From NCBI GenBank assembly GCA_965248575.1, contig CBDFJQ010000002.1:160001-224000 (forward strand): a stretch of DNA of 64,000 nucleotides, in the 5' to 3' direction. Each line of letters begins with the position of its first letter. Position 1 is the first letter of the stretch. Positions 1 to 10,448 of the stretch are shown here, piece by piece. Made by a program: the position numbers and the translations under genes. This DNA is from Planctomycetota bacterium. GTDB taxonomy: Bacteria > Planctomycetota > B15-G4. The notes under the pieces were generated by a model, which was not told the DNA's origin, searched no databases, and worked only from the letters and a program-made list of their open reading frames with translations.

Positions 1-2
1 GG

Positions 3-377
3 GCGGGCTATCGTCAGACCCTCGACCTCTTGGGCCGCGTGAAGCAGCTCGAGCCGGGGCGGCTCACGAAGTCTTCGCTCATGCTGGGCTTGGGTGAGAC
101 GGATGAAGAGGTGCGTGCCGCCATGGCCGACTTGCGCGCAGAGGGTGTGGACTTCCTCACTTTCGGGCAGTACCTGGCACCCACCAGGCGGCACCTCGCG
201 GTGGAGCGTTACGTTCCGCCTGAGGAGTTCGACGGCTGGCGCGAGGAGGGGGAGGCCCTTGGGTTCCGCTACGTGGCTTCCGGCCCCTTGGTTCGCAGTT
301 CATATCGCGCGGGTGAGTTTGCCATCCGTGCCGTCTTCGAGGAACGACGCAAGGCGTCGGCTGGAGGTGCAGCGTGA
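3..377 (+). CDS. lipA: Lipoyl synthase, C-terminal part (5'-truncated by window edge)
   Basis: [21 protein letters not shown] and SGPLVRSSY motifs; frame open to the window start; next to the 2-oxoacid dehydrogenase and lipB genes. Confidence 0.95.
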   Translation, partial: AGYRQTLDLLGRVKQLEPGRLTKSSLMLGLGETDEEVRAAMADLRAEGVDFLTFGQYLAPTRRHLAVERYVPPEEFDGWREEGEALGFRYVASGPLVRSSYRAGEFAIRAVFEERRKASAGGAA

Positions 378-1654
378 CCGAAAGCAAGGGCGGCAAAAGC
401 GGCCGCGGTGAGGGCGCCAAGCGCCGGGGGAAGGCCGGCAAGGCTGCGGGTCGCCGGGGCAAGGCGCCTGGGCGAGAGCCGACACCTGCACCAGGCCCGC
501 CGCCGGCAGCATCGACAGATCGACAACAATCGGAGAAAAGCATGAGCAGCCAGTTGATGCTCCAAGTGATCAGCGAGAGCGGAAAGGTCCTGAAGGGCAA
601 GAAGCCCGGCCTTTCCTCTGACGTGATGATCGGCCTCTACCGCTCGATGGTGCAGACGCGCTTGATGGATGAGCGCATGATCAACCTGCAGCGCCAGGGG
701 CGCATCGGTTTCTACGTGCCTTCCACCGGAGAAGAGGCGGCCCAGGTGGGCAGCGCCATGGCGTTCCAGCCCCAGGACTGGATCTACCCCAGCTACCGCG
801 TGCCGGGCTTGTTCCTGCAGCGCGGTGTGCCCATCGAACTGATGGTGGCGAACTGCTTCGGCAACGAGGCCGACCTCTGCCTCGGGCGCCAGATGCCCGT
901 GCACTACGCCTTCAAGGAGCAGAACCTGGTCTCCATCAGCAGCCCCATTGGCACGCACATCGTGGAGGCCACCGGCACCGCGATGGCGCAGAAGCTGAAG
1001 GGCGACTCGGGTGTGACGGCCGTGATGTTTGGTGACGGCGGCACCTCGAGCAACGACTTCCATTCCGGCTTGAACCTGGCGGGTGTGACCGGAGCCCCCG
1101 TGGTCTTCCTGTGCACGAACAACCAGTGGGCCATCAGCGTCCCGCAGGAGAAGCAGACGGCTTCGGAGAGCTTTGCCATCAAGGCATCGGCCTACGGGAT
1201 GCCCGGCGTCATCGTGGACGGCAACGACGTGCTGGCGGTCTACGAGGCCTGCAAGGAGGCAGCGGAGCGTGCGCGTTCCGGCGGCGGCCCGACCCTGCTC
1301 GAGCTCGTCACCTACAGGCGCGGCCCTCACAGCAGCAGCGATGACCCCACGCGTTACCGCGGCAACCAGGCGGACGAGTGGTTGGGCAAGGACCCGATCA
1401 TCCGCTATCGGAAGTTCCTCGAGAACCAGGATATGTGGTCGTCAGCCCAGGAGAAGGCGCTGCATGAGGAGCTGAAGGATGAGATCAACGCGGCCATCAA
1501 GGTCGCGGAGAAGGCACCGCAGCCCTCGCTCGAGACCATGTTCACCGATGTGTACGCGTCGGTGCCGCCACACCTACGCGAACAGTACGAGGCCATCGTG
1601 CGCGACGAGGGGACGGGCCACGAGCCCGACCCCGATGCAGCTTTTCCGCTCTGA
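374..1654 (+). CDS. pdhA: 2-oxoacid (pyruvate/branched-chain) dehydrogenase E1 alpha subunit, copy 1
   Basis: [20 protein letters not shown] motif GDG...[18 protein letters not shown] loop; GTG overlaps the lipA stop with a GGAGGT RBS; alternative start ATG 542. Confidence 0.93.
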   Translation: MTESKGGKSGRGEGAKRRGKAGKAAGRRGKAPGREPTPAPGPPPAASTDRQQSEKSMSSQLMLQVISESGKVLKGKKPGLSSDVMIGLYRSMVQTRLMDERMINLQRQGRIGFYVPSTGEEAAQVGSAMAFQPQDWIYPSYRVPGLFLQRGVPIELMVANCFGNEADLCLGRQMPVHYAFKEQNLVSISSPIGTHIVEATGTAMAQKLKGDSGVTAVMFGDGGTSSNDFHSGLNLAGVTGAPVVFLCTNNQWAISVPQEKQTASESFAIKASAYGMPGVIVDGNDVLAVYEACKEAAERARSGGGPTLLELVTYRRGPHSSSDDPTRYRGNQADEWLGKDPIIRYRKFLENQDMWSSAQEKALHEELKDEINAAIKVAEKAPQPSLETMFTDVYASVPPHLREQYEAIVRDEGTGHEPDPDAAFPL

Positions 1655-1724
1655 TTCGCAGCTTCCCAGACGACGATCCGAAACCGACGAGCCGCATGTG
1701 TCGCGGCGCTCAGGAAAGAAACCC

Positions 1725-2702
1725 ATGTCTCAAATCACCCTGGTCCAAGCAGTCAACGACGCGCTGAAGGAAGAGATGCGTGCGGACAATGACGTCGTCA
1801 TTCTTGGCGAAGACGTTGGCGTCAACGGCGGCGTGTTCCGCTGCACGGCAGATCTCGTGGACGAGTTTGGCGAGGAGCGTGTGATCGACACGCCCCTGTC
1901 CGAGTCAGGCATCATCGGTGCGGCCATCGGCATGGCGCTTTACGGCTTGCGCCCCGTGCCCGAGATCCAGTTCTCCGACTTCATCTGGCCAGCCTTCGAC
2001 CAGATCACGAGCGAGCTGGCGAAGATGCGCTACCGCTCAGGGGGGCAGTTCACCTGCCCGATGGTCATTCGAACTCCCTACGGGGGTGGCATCCGCGGCG
2101 GGCTCTATCACTCCCAGAGCCCGGAGGTGTACTTCACCCACACGGCTGGCCTGACGGTGGTGGTGCCGAGCGATCCCTACGACGCGAAGGGCCTGCTCAA
2201 GGCTGCGATCCGCAGCCCCGACCCGGTCATCTTCCTTGAGCCGAAGCGCATCTACCGTGCGCCGAAGATGGAGGTCCCCGACGACGACGACTACGTCGTG
2301 GAGATCGGCAAGGCGGCGACCCGGCGCGAGGGCAGCGACTTCACCATCACGGCCTACGGCGCCATGGTTGAGGTGGCCCTCAAGGCCTGCGAGTTGGCGG
2401 AGGCCAAGGGCTGGAACGGCGAAGTGCTCGACCTGCGCACCCTGGTGCCTCTGGACGAGGAGTCCCTGCTCGCCAGCGTCACCAAGACGGGTCGCCTGGT
2501 CACCTTGCAGGAGGCTCCCAAGTTCTGCGGCTTCAGCAGCGAGATCTCGGCCATTGTCGCGGAGAAGGCCATCGACGTCATGGAGGCCCCCGTGCGCCGG
2601 GTGGCTGGCTTCGACGTGCCCTTCCCGTACACCCTGGAACACGTCTACATGCCCCACGCCGAGCGCGTGCTGAAGGCCGTCGAAGACGTGATGACGTTCT
2701 GA
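1725..2702 (+). CDS. pdhB: 2-oxoacid dehydrogenase E1 beta subunit
   Basis: GEDVGVNGGVFR, DTPLSESG, EIQFSDF, YHSQSPE motifs; start moved to MSQITL after AGGAAAG. Confidence 0.95.
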   Translation: MSQITLVQAVNDALKEEMRADNDVVILGEDVGVNGGVFRCTADLVDEFGEERVIDTPLSESGIIGAAIGMALYGLRPVPEIQFSDFIWPAFDQITSELAKMRYRSGGQFTCPMVIRTPYGGGIRGGLYHSQSPEVYFTHTAGLTVVVPSDPYDAKGLLKAAIRSPDPVIFLEPKRIYRAPKMEVPDDDDYVVEIGKAATRREGSDFTITAYGAMVEVALKACELAEAKGWNGEVLDLRTLVPLDEESLLASVTKTGRLVTLQEAPKFCGFSSEISAIVAEKAIDVMEAPVRRVAGFDVPFPYTLEHVYMPHAERVLKAVEDVMTF

Positions 2703-2784
2703 GCACCGCCGGTCTGAACGACCGGTTGCATCGGTGGACAAGAGTCAGCGAACAGCGAACGCAAGACAGCTTCGGAAACACGAG

Positions 2785-4500
2785 ATGACACGCATTGAGT
2801 TCAAGCTCCCGGACATCGGGGAAGGCGTCGCCGAGGGCGAGATCACCAGCTGGAAGGTGGTTGCAGGCGAGTCGGTCACAGAAGACCAGGTGATGGTCGA
2901 GGTGATGACCGACAAGGCCACCGTGGAGATCGGTTCGCCCGTGACGGGAAAGGTGGTGGAGATTCTCGCCGCCGAGGGTGACACCATCCCGGTGGGTGAC
3001 GTGATGATCGTGCTTGCGGACGAGCTCTCCGAGAGCAGAGCGCCTGCTTCTGCGGCATCGGCATCGGCATCGGCACCGGCGAAGGCCGCGTCAGCCCCGG
3101 CTGCCTCGTCGGCACCGGCCGCTTCCTCCAGCTCCAGCGAGGTCGAAGAGATCAACTTCGCGCTTCCCGATATCGGCGAGGGTGTGGCCGAGGGTGAGAT
3201 CACTCAGTGGTTGGTGAAGGAAGGTGATGCCGTCACCGAGGACCAGCCCATGGTCGAAGTGATGACTGACAAGGCCACCGTGGAGATTGGTTCTCCCGTG
3301 GACGGCATCGTGCTGAAGCTCTTGCACCCCGAGGGCACGACCGTGCCCGTGGGCGATGTCCTGCTGGTGCTCGGTGCCGAAGGAGGCGCGCCGCCGATCC
3401 CGTCGCATGGTGGACACGGTGGGGGCGCTTCAGCTTCCGTCGCCAGCCCTGCAGCTGCCCCCGCGCAGGCAGTGGAGACGTCCACACGCGCCACGACCCT
3501 TTTGGAGACAGGTTTGCCGAACCGCACCGATGGAACACGGCGCGTCCGAGCTGCCCCGGCCGTGCGTCGACTGGCGCGCGAGATGAACCTGGACATCTCG
3601 CAGCTCAACGGAACCGGCCCGAGCGGTCGGGTGTCCATGAATGACGTGCGTCGGGCGGGACAAGGTGTTCCTCCCGGTCGTCCGGCCACGGCGGCCCCGC
3701 CCCGTGCGGCACCGGCAGCTGCTGCCCGTTCGCCGAGCCCGGCTGCTGCGGCACCGGCTGTTGCGGCACCGCTACCGGCACCGGTGGTCCGGCCCATGCA
3801 GGGCGACGAGCGCGTGCCGTTGCGCGGCCTACGCAAGCGCATCTCGACGCAGATGCGGGTGGCCAAGCAGACGGCTGCCCATTTCGCCTACATCGAAGAG
3901 ATCGATGTGACGGAACTCGTGGCGACCCGCAAGGCCTCCAAGTCCCTGGCGGAGAGCAAGGGCGTCAAGCTCACCTATATGCCCTACATCATCAAGGCGA
4001 CCTGCACGGCGCTGCGCGAGTTCCCGCTGCTCAATGCCTCCTTGGATGAAGAGGCCCAAGAGATCGTCTACCACGGCGACATCAACATGGGCATCGCGGT
4101 GGACACGCCGGAGGGGCTGATCGTTCCGGTGATCCGCCAGGCCGACCAGAAGTCCATGCTGCACGTCTCCCAGGAGATGTTCGAGTTGGCCGATCGGGCG
4201 AGGAACCGCAAGACGAAGCAGGAAGACGTCGGCGGGGGAACCTTCACGATCACCAACGCGGGCAACATCGGCGGCCTGCTGGCGACCCCCATCATCAACG
4301 TGCCCGAGGTGGCCATCTTGGGCGTGCACGCCATCCGCCGCCGGCCGTGGGTCGTCAACGATGAGATCGTCATCCGCGACATCATGTACCTGTCGTTGAG
4401 CCTTGATCACCGGGTCGTGGACGGTGCCGTGGGGGCGCGGTTCATGAACCGCGTGCAGGAACTGCTCGAGAACCCCGCGCTCATGTTGCTGGAGAGTTGA
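2785..4500 (+). CDS. pdhC: Dihydrolipoamide acyltransferase E2 with two lipoyl domains
   Basis: Two EVMTDKATVE lipoyl motifs, E3-binding domain (AAPAVRRLARE...GPSGRV), catalytic DHRVVDG. Confidence 0.95.
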   Translation: MTRIEFKLPDIGEGVAEGEITSWKVVAGESVTEDQVMVEVMTDKATVEIGSPVTGKVVEILAAEGDTIPVGDVMIVLADELSESRAPASAASASASAPAKAASAPAASSAPAASSSSSEVEEINFALPDIGEGVAEGEITQWLVKEGDAVTEDQPMVEVMTDKATVEIGSPVDGIVLKLLHPEGTTVPVGDVLLVLGAEGGAPPIPSHGGHGGGASASVASPAAAPAQAVETSTRATTLLETGLPNRTDGTRRVRAAPAVRRLAREMNLDISQLNGTGPSGRVSMNDVRRAGQGVPPGRPATAAPPRAAPAAAARSPSPAAAAPAVAAPLPAPVVRPMQGDERVPLRGLRKRISTQMRVAKQTAAHFAYIEEIDVTELVATRKASKSLAESKGVKLTYMPYIIKATCTALREFPLLNASLDEEAQEIVYHGDINMGIAVDTPEGLIVPVIRQADQKSMLHVSQEMFELADRARNRKTKQEDVGGGTFTITNAGNIGGLLATPIINVPEVAILGVHAIRRRPWVVNDEIVIRDIMYLSLSLDHRVVDGAVGARFMNRVQELLENPALMLLES

Positions 4501-4504
4501 TCCC

Positions 4505-5608
4505 GTGAGGACCGCAGTCCTACAAGTGCTTTCCCCGACAGGGGAGATCGAGAAGTCGCTGCTTCCCAAGCTGAGCGACGAGCAACTGGTCGATCTCTAC
4601 AAGCACATGGTGCGTACGCGCGCCATCGACACGCGCATGTTGGCCTTGCAACGCCAGGGGCGCATCGGCTTCTACGGAACCTGTCGTGGCCAGGAAGCGG
4701 CCACCGTGGGGAGCGGGGCGGCTGTCGAGGAACAGGATTGGGTCTTCCCGGCCCTGCGCGAAGGCGCGGTCCTGCTCATGCGCGGCTACCCGATGGACAA
4801 GTACATGGGGCAGCTCGTGGGTTGTGATCTCGACCCCACACATGGGCGCCAGATGCCTTGTCACTTCAGCTCGGCGGAGTACCGCTTCGTGTCCCTGAGC
4901 TCGGTCATCGGCACGCAGATCTCCCAGACCATGGGGGCCGCCTGGGGCGCCAAGATCAAGGGCGACAACAGTGTCGTCATGGGCTACATGGGTGACGGCG
5001 CCACGAGCAGCACCGACTTCCACTGTGCGCTGACTTTCGCAGCCGTGCACAAGGTGCCAGCCGTCTTTGTGTGCCAAAACAACCAGTGGGCCATCAGCGT
5101 TCCCTTCAGCAAGCAGACAGCGAGCGACGGAATCGCCGTGAAGGCCGAGGCCTATGGCATGCCGGGTATCGCGGTAGATGGCAACGATGTCCTGGCCGTC
5201 TATGCCGCCACGAAGGCAGCTGTCGACCGCGCGCGAGCCGGCGAAGGGCCCACCTTGATCGAGGCCATCACCTACCGCCAAGAGGGTCACAGCAGCAGCG
5301 ACGATCCCACGCGCTATCGAGATGCCGCGGTGCATGAGGAATGGATGAAGAAGGACCCCGTGCACCGCTACAGGAACTACCTGGAGCTCGAGGGCCTGGT
5401 GTCCGAGGAGCTGGATCGGCAGATCGAGCAGGAGGCCAAGGAGGCGGTGAACTCAGCGATCAAGGCAGCCGAGCAGAGCCCTCAACCCGAGACAGCGACG
5501 CTTTTCACGGACGTGTACCAGGACCTCACTCCGGCCCTGCGTGAGCAGGCTGAGAGCGTGGCACGAGAGAGCGCTGAGGGACAGGCCGACGGGGCCTTCC
5601 CGCTCTAG
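4505..5608 (+). CDS. pdhA: 2-oxoacid dehydrogenase E1 alpha subunit, copy 2
   Basis: [23 protein letters not shown]...[18 protein letters not shown]. Confidence 0.93.
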   Translation: MRTAVLQVLSPTGEIEKSLLPKLSDEQLVDLYKHMVRTRAIDTRMLALQRQGRIGFYGTCRGQEAATVGSGAAVEEQDWVFPALREGAVLLMRGYPMDKYMGQLVGCDLDPTHGRQMPCHFSSAEYRFVSLSSVIGTQISQTMGAAWGAKIKGDNSVVMGYMGDGATSSTDFHCALTFAAVHKVPAVFVCQNNQWAISVPFSKQTASDGIAVKAEAYGMPGIAVDGNDVLAVYAATKAAVDRARAGEGPTLIEAITYRQEGHSSSDDPTRYRDAAVHEEWMKKDPVHRYRNYLELEGLVSEELDRQIEQEAKEAVNSAIKAAEQSPQPETATLFTDVYQDLTPALREQAESVARESAEGQADGAFPL

Positions 5609-5770
5609 AGCAGGCCCGGTCTTGCCCCGCTTCTCGCCCCGACTTACGCCGAGGCACAGATCCCGCGGCATGCACCACGTAGTACGCAAGACGCAGCAGC
5701 TAACAGAGGCAGCACAGGGCGGCTGTCGATCGACAGTCGGCCGAGAGCACACGAGAGATCAGGAGCCGTT

Positions 5771-7225
5771 ATGAGCCAGGCAGGAGCAGGCAAGTCCGCA
5801 GATGTGGTGGTCATTGGCGCAGGGCCGGGCGGATACGTCGCGGCCATTCGCCTGGCGCAGCTGGGCAAGCAGGTCATCGTGATCGACCGTGAGCGCATCG
5901 GCGGGGTCTGCCTCAACTGGGGCTGCATTCCGTCCAAGGCCATGATCGCCGCGAGCTCGCTGGTCGAGAACATCCAGAAGGCCGACACCATGGGCATCAA
6001 GGTGGAAGGCGTGACGGTGGACATGGGCAAGATGAAGGCCTGGAAGGACAGCATCGTGAACCGCCTTACGGGCGGAATCGGCGAGCTGTTCAAGCGCAAC
6101 GGCATCGAGACGGTGGCGGGTGACGCCAGCTTCGTCGACGCCCACACCATCAAGGTGTCCACGTCGAAGGGTGATCTGTTGGTGAAGGGCAAGCAGGTCC
6201 TCGTGGCGACGGGCGCGAGCGTTGTCCAGCTGCCGCACATGCCCATCGACGGCAAGCGTTTCCTGTCAGCAAAGGAAGCCCTCGACCTGACCGAGCCTCC
6301 CAAGGAGTTCCTCGTCATCGGCGGCGGCATCGTGGGCTGCGAGATCGGCACCTACATGGCCAAGCTTGGAAGCCATGTGACCATCGTCGAGATGATGGAC
6401 GGCCTGCTGGCAGGAACCGACCCCGAGCTGACCAAGGTCGTTCAACGCAACATGAAGAAGCGCAAGATGACCGTGCTCACCGGCAGCAAGGTCACCGGCG
6501 TAGCCAAGGACGGGACCGCGACGATCGAAACGCCCAAGGGCGTCAAGACCGTCAAGGCTGACAAGGTGCTGGTGGCCGTGGGGTTCCGACCCAACACCGC
6601 GAATCTGGGCTGCGAGAAGGCCGGCGTGAAACTGGACGATCGCGGGCATGTGATCGCTGACGATCAGCTGCGCACCAGTCACCCGGACGTGTTCGCCATC
6701 GGGGATGTCATCGGCCCGCCCTATCTGGCTCACAAGGCCAGCAAGGAGGGCATGGTCTGCGCGGAGGTGATGTCGGGCATGAACGTGAGCTTGGACGTGA
6801 AGGCCATGCCGGCCGCCATCTTCACGGACCCTGAGATCGCCACGGTCGGCTTGACGGAAGCAGAGGCGGAAGCCGCCGGACACAAGGTGAAGAGCGGGAG
6901 TTTCCCGTTTGGAGCCAACGGTCGGGCGCTGGCCGCCAACCACTCCGATGGCTTCGTGAAGTTCGTGGCCGACGCGGACGACGACACGCTCCTGGGTGTG
7001 CACGTGGTGGGTCATGAGGCGAGCAACCTGATTGCTGAGGCCGCCTTGTGCATCGAGATGGGTGGCACGGTGGCGGACGTCGGCTTGACCGTGCACCCGC
7101 ACCCGACGCTCTCCGAGACCTTCATGGAGGCCGCGCACGTCGTCGAGGGACACGCCATCCACATCTTCGTGCCCCCGGCCAAGACCAGCGGCGGCAGCTC
7201 GAAGGCTGCCGCGGCGGCACGCTGA
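5771..7225 (+). CDS. lpdA: Dihydrolipoyl dehydrogenase (E3)
   Basis: GAGPGGY FAD motif, GGVCLNWGCIPSK redox disulfide, HPTLSE; AGGAG RBS. Confidence 0.97.
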   Translation: MSQAGAGKSADVVVIGAGPGGYVAAIRLAQLGKQVIVIDRERIGGVCLNWGCIPSKAMIAASSLVENIQKADTMGIKVEGVTVDMGKMKAWKDSIVNRLTGGIGELFKRNGIETVAGDASFVDAHTIKVSTSKGDLLVKGKQVLVATGASVVQLPHMPIDGKRFLSAKEALDLTEPPKEFLVIGGGIVGCEIGTYMAKLGSHVTIVEMMDGLLAGTDPELTKVVQRNMKKRKMTVLTGSKVTGVAKDGTATIETPKGVKTVKADKVLVAVGFRPNTANLGCEKAGVKLDDRGHVIADDQLRTSHPDVFAIGDVIGPPYLAHKASKEGMVCAEVMSGMNVSLDVKAMPAAIFTDPEIATVGLTEAEAEAAGHKVKSGSFPFGANGRALAANHSDGFVKFVADADDDTLLGVHVVGHEASNLIAEAALCIEMGGTVADVGLTVHPHPTLSETFMEAAHVVEGHAIHIFVPPAKTSGGSSKAAAAAR

Positions 7226-7231
7226 GCGACG

Positions 7232-7918
7232 ATGAGCTGCGCGGAGGCTACAGGGGCGGGGCGGCGACCGGCCGCAGCCCCATGGTCCGTGCAGGATCTC
7301 GGACGCATCGCATATCGGGACGCGTGGGAGCAGCAGAAACGTCTCGTGGCCGATCGCTTCGCCGGCGCTACCGGCGACACCTTGCTGGTGTGCGAACACG
7401 ACCCAGTCGTCACCACCGGGCGCGGGACCCCTGAGGATGCCGTGCTCGACGAGCGCTTTCCCGTCGAGGCGGTGGAGCGCGGTGGGGAGGCCACCTATCA
7501 CGGCCCCGGGCAAGTGGTGGTCTATCCGGTGGTGTTCCTGGCCGAGGGGAAACGCGACCTCCACCGTTGGCTACGCGCCCTCGAGCAGGCCTGCGTGGAG
7601 ACCCTGGGCGGCTTTGGCCTGTCGTGTGGGGCTCGCGAGGGGGCAACAGGGGTCTGGGTCGATGGAGAGCGCAAGATCGTCTCGATTGGCGTTGCTGCCC
7701 AGCGATGGGTCAGCTGGCATGGCCTGGCACTCAACCACGAGACGGATCTGGAGCACTTCCAGGTGATCCGCCCCTGTGGATTCGACGCGGCGGTGATGAC
7801 GTCCATGGCGGCGGAGCTGGGCGCGCGCTGCCCCGATCGAAGCGAGCTCCTGGCTGCCTTGATCCCGGAGCTGCAACGACAGCTGTCCGTGTTCCAGCAA
7901 CCGGAGGAGAGCTTGTGA
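7232..7918 (+). CDS. lipB: Lipoyl(octanoyl) transferase
   Basis: EHDPVVTTGR, RGGEATYHGPGQ, KIVSIG, WHGLALN, PCG. Confidence 0.95.
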   Translation: MSCAEATGAGRRPAAAPWSVQDLGRIAYRDAWEQQKRLVADRFAGATGDTLLVCEHDPVVTTGRGTPEDAVLDERFPVEAVERGGEATYHGPGQVVVYPVVFLAEGKRDLHRWLRALEQACVETLGGFGLSCGAREGATGVWVDGERKIVSIGVAAQRWVSWHGLALNHETDLEHFQVIRPCGFDAAVMTSMAAELGARCPDRSELLAALIPELQRQLSVFQQPEESL

Positions 7919-8823
7919 CGGATGCCAGTGAGGGAGCATCGGGACAAACGCCCGATCGAGAGCCCGAGCGGGGGGAGCAGCAGCTCGCCTGGGCCGATCG
8001 GGATCATGCAGCTCTCGCCGCCGAGCTCGGTGGAGATCGGGCCGCTTCGGAGCCGGAAGCCACTCGAGGTCTCGCCCAGCTGCTTGGAATCGTCTGGCGA
8101 CTTCGCGACCCCGACGGTTGCCCGTGGGACCGGAAGCAGAGCCTCGAGAGCATGGCGAAGAACCTCGTGGAAGAGGCCTATGAAGCGGTCGAGGCCATCG
8201 CTGCAGGGGACGATGCACACATCGCCGAGGAGCTGGGCGACGTGCTCATGAATGTGTTGCTCATGACGCGCATCGGCGTCCAGGAGCAGCGCTTCGCCAC
8301 AGGGGACGTGGCGGGAGGCATCGCCGAGAAGTTGGTGCGTCGTCATCCCCATGTGTTCGGTGACGGCGCGGCGGCGGATGCCGACGAGGCCCTCGTCTCC
8401 TGGAACGACAGCAAGGCCCTGGAGAAAACGGCTCAGGATGACGGCGTGTTGGGGGAGGTTTCCAGTGGATTGCCGCCCCTGCTCGCGGCCCGCAAGCTGG
8501 GATCGAAAGCCGCGGAGACCGGTTTCGACTGGCCCAGCGTCGGCGGTGCCCTGGACAAGCTGAAGGAAGAGGTCGTCGAGCTCGATGAGGCCTTGGCCGC
8601 AGACGACAAGGCGAACATCGAAGCCGAGTTGGGAGATGTGTTGTTCTCCGCGGTGAATGTGGCCCGCAAGGCGAAGGTGGACCCCGAGCTGGCCTTGCGT
8701 CGGACCCTGGCCAAGTTCCGGCGCCGCTTCCGGGCGGTTGAGTTGGAACTCGGTGATGACCTCGCGAACTCATCCCTGGATGAGATGGAACGCATTTGGC
8801 GCCGAGCCGCCGACGGCGAATGA
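7915..8823 (+). CDS. mazG: Nucleoside triphosphate pyrophosphohydrolase MazG
   Basis: LRDPDGCPWDRKQ, EEAYE, EELGDVL, KLVRRHPHVF, GFDW, second ELGD motif; GTG overlaps the lipB stop, with a GGAGGAG RBS. Confidence 0.94.
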   Translation: MTDASEGASGQTPDREPERGEQQLAWADRDHAALAAELGGDRAASEPEATRGLAQLLGIVWRLRDPDGCPWDRKQSLESMAKNLVEEAYEAVEAIAAGDDAHIAEELGDVLMNVLLMTRIGVQEQRFATGDVAGGIAEKLVRRHPHVFGDGAAADADEALVSWNDSKALEKTAQDDGVLGEVSSGLPPLLAARKLGSKAAETGFDWPSVGGALDKLKEEVVELDEALAADDKANIEAELGDVLFSAVNVARKAKVDPELALRRTLAKFRRRFRAVELELGDDLANSSLDEMERIWRRAADGE

Positions 8824-8844
8824 GTGCCTGATAGGATGACGTTC

Positions 8845-9588
8845 ATGCCTGAGTCCCCTTGGTACGTCGAAGCTTTTCGCGCCGACTACCTCGACGTCTA
8901 CAAGCACCGCGACGACGCGGCTGCCACGCGCGAAGTGCGGGGGGCCCTCTCGCTCCTGCGTCACGATCGCGAGCAGGGGCGCTTGCTGGATCTAGCGTCG
9001 GGTGCCGGGCGTCACTCCATCGCGTTCAAGGCAGAGGGCTGCGACATCACCTGCCTCGATCTCTCCGAAGACCTCACCCAAGCCTGCGCGGCTCGCGGCT
9101 TGCGAACCCTGCGTGCCGACATGCTGGCATTGCCGTTGCGCGATTGGTCCTTCGACTCCGTGGCCTGCATGTTCTCGTCCTTCGGGTACTTCGCCGAAGA
9201 GGAGCGGCATGCCCAGTGCCTGCAGGAAATGGCCCGGGTGTTGGTGCCGGGGGGCCGCATTCTGTTGGACCTGATGGACCCGGACACCATCCGCCAGCAC
9301 CTCGTGCCCCAGAGCGTGGACATGGTGAATGAGGCGGTGGTGGAGATTGAGCGGAGCATGACCGCTGATGGGCGGAGGGTGGAGAAGTCGATCCACTACA
9401 CCCGCAAGGATTGCCGAGCGCGGAGCTGGCACGAGTCGGTGCGCCTGTTCAGCACCGAAGAGATCGCAGCGCTGGCCAAGGGCGCGGGCTTGGACCATGA
9501 GCGGGCGGTGGGTGACTACGATGGCAGCGCCTATCAGCCGGGTGAGACCCGACGCTTGGTGGTGATGCGAAAACCCCCAGCCTCTTGA
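8845..9588 (+). CDS. Class I SAM-dependent methyltransferase
   Basis: LLDLASGAGRH motif I, FSSFGYF, LVPGGRILLD; start chosen at the ATG 7 nt after TAGGAT (ORF track uses 8824). Confidence 0.88.
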   Translation: MPESPWYVEAFRADYLDVYKHRDDAAATREVRGALSLLRHDREQGRLLDLASGAGRHSIAFKAEGCDITCLDLSEDLTQACAARGLRTLRADMLALPLRDWSFDSVACMFSSFGYFAEEERHAQCLQEMARVLVPGGRILLDLMDPDTIRQHLVPQSVDMVNEAVVEIERSMTADGRRVEKSIHYTRKDCRARSWHESVRLFSTEEIAALAKGAGLDHERAVGDYDGSAYQPGETRRLVVMRKPPAS

Positions 9589-9598
9589 GTCCTCGAGC

Positions 9599-10441
9599 AT
9601 GACCACTGAGATCAGTGTCCACTCATCCAAGCTGCTTTGCGAAGACGGCTTGAGCATGGCTGTGGATGTGTATGCCCCAACGCACGCGACGGTCGCCCTG
9701 CCGACTGCCATCCTGTGTCACGGATTCAAGGGCTTCCGCAAGTGGGGCATGTTCCCGCGCCTGGCCGAACGCTTGGCCAGGACGGGGCGAAGCATGGTGC
9801 TCTTCGATTTCAGCCACAACGGTACTGAGACGGATCCGGAGCAGTTCACGCGGCTGGATCTCTTCGAGCAGCAGACCGTCACGCGCCATGTCCAGGACCT
9901 GGGCCGTGTGTTGGAAGCCATGGAAGCCGGAGAGCTGACGGGTGCGGAGACCGTCGTCGACCCGACCAATGTCTTCGTGGTGGGCCATAGCATGGGGGGC
10001 GGCGTCGGCCTGATGCGCGCTGCATCGGACAGGCGCCTGTCGGGCTTGGCATGTCTCAACGCCGTCTCGCATTTCAACCGGGTTCCAGAGGAAGGGTTGG
10101 CTGAGTTGGAGCAGGCTGGGCGCGTGTCGATCCCCAACACACGTACGGGGCAAGTCATGCACCTGGGACGAGCCTGGTTCGATGACATCGCGGAGATTGA
10201 CCTCCAAGCCATCGCCGAGGAGGTGCCCGTGCCGACCTTGGTCTTGCAAGGGGACGCCGACACGAATGTGTCCCCGGCTGAGGGAGAGGCGCTCGCCGAC
10301 TGGATTCCCGGGAATGTGCTGTTCAGCGTGCCGGGCGGCGACCACACTTTCGGTGCGAAGCACCCTTGGGCCGGTTGGACACCTAGCCTTGAGATGGTGA
10401 ACGAGCAACTGGACGCCTTCCTCCCCTGCGACGAGGTCTGA
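9599..10441 (+). CDS. Alpha/beta hydrolase
   Basis: HGFKGF oxyanion motif, GHSMGG nucleophile elbow, QGDAD, GGDHTF. Confidence 0.9.
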   Translation: MTTEISVHSSKLLCEDGLSMAVDVYAPTHATVALPTAILCHGFKGFRKWGMFPRLAERLARTGRSMVLFDFSHNGTETDPEQFTRLDLFEQQTVTRHVQDLGRVLEAMEAGELTGAETVVDPTNVFVVGHSMGGGVGLMRAASDRRLSGLACLNAVSHFNRVPEEGLAELEQAGRVSIPNTRTGQVMHLGRAWFDDIAEIDLQAIAEEVPVPTLVLQGDADTNVSPAEGEALADWIPGNVLFSVPGGDHTFGAKHPWAGWTPSLEMVNEQLDAFLPCDEV

Positions 10442-10448
10442 CCGGACC

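Noticed and set aside
2797..3380. Nucleotide-level duplication inside the E2 gene
   Set aside because: Ordinary tandem lipoyl domains, not a mobile or regulatory repeat
8821..8826. mazG TGA immediately followed in frame by the GTG of the methyltransferase ORF (possible Sec or readthrough fusion)
   Set aside because: No Cys-equivalent motif at the UGA, both domains are complete alone, and a better start (ATG 8845 after TAGGAT) exists
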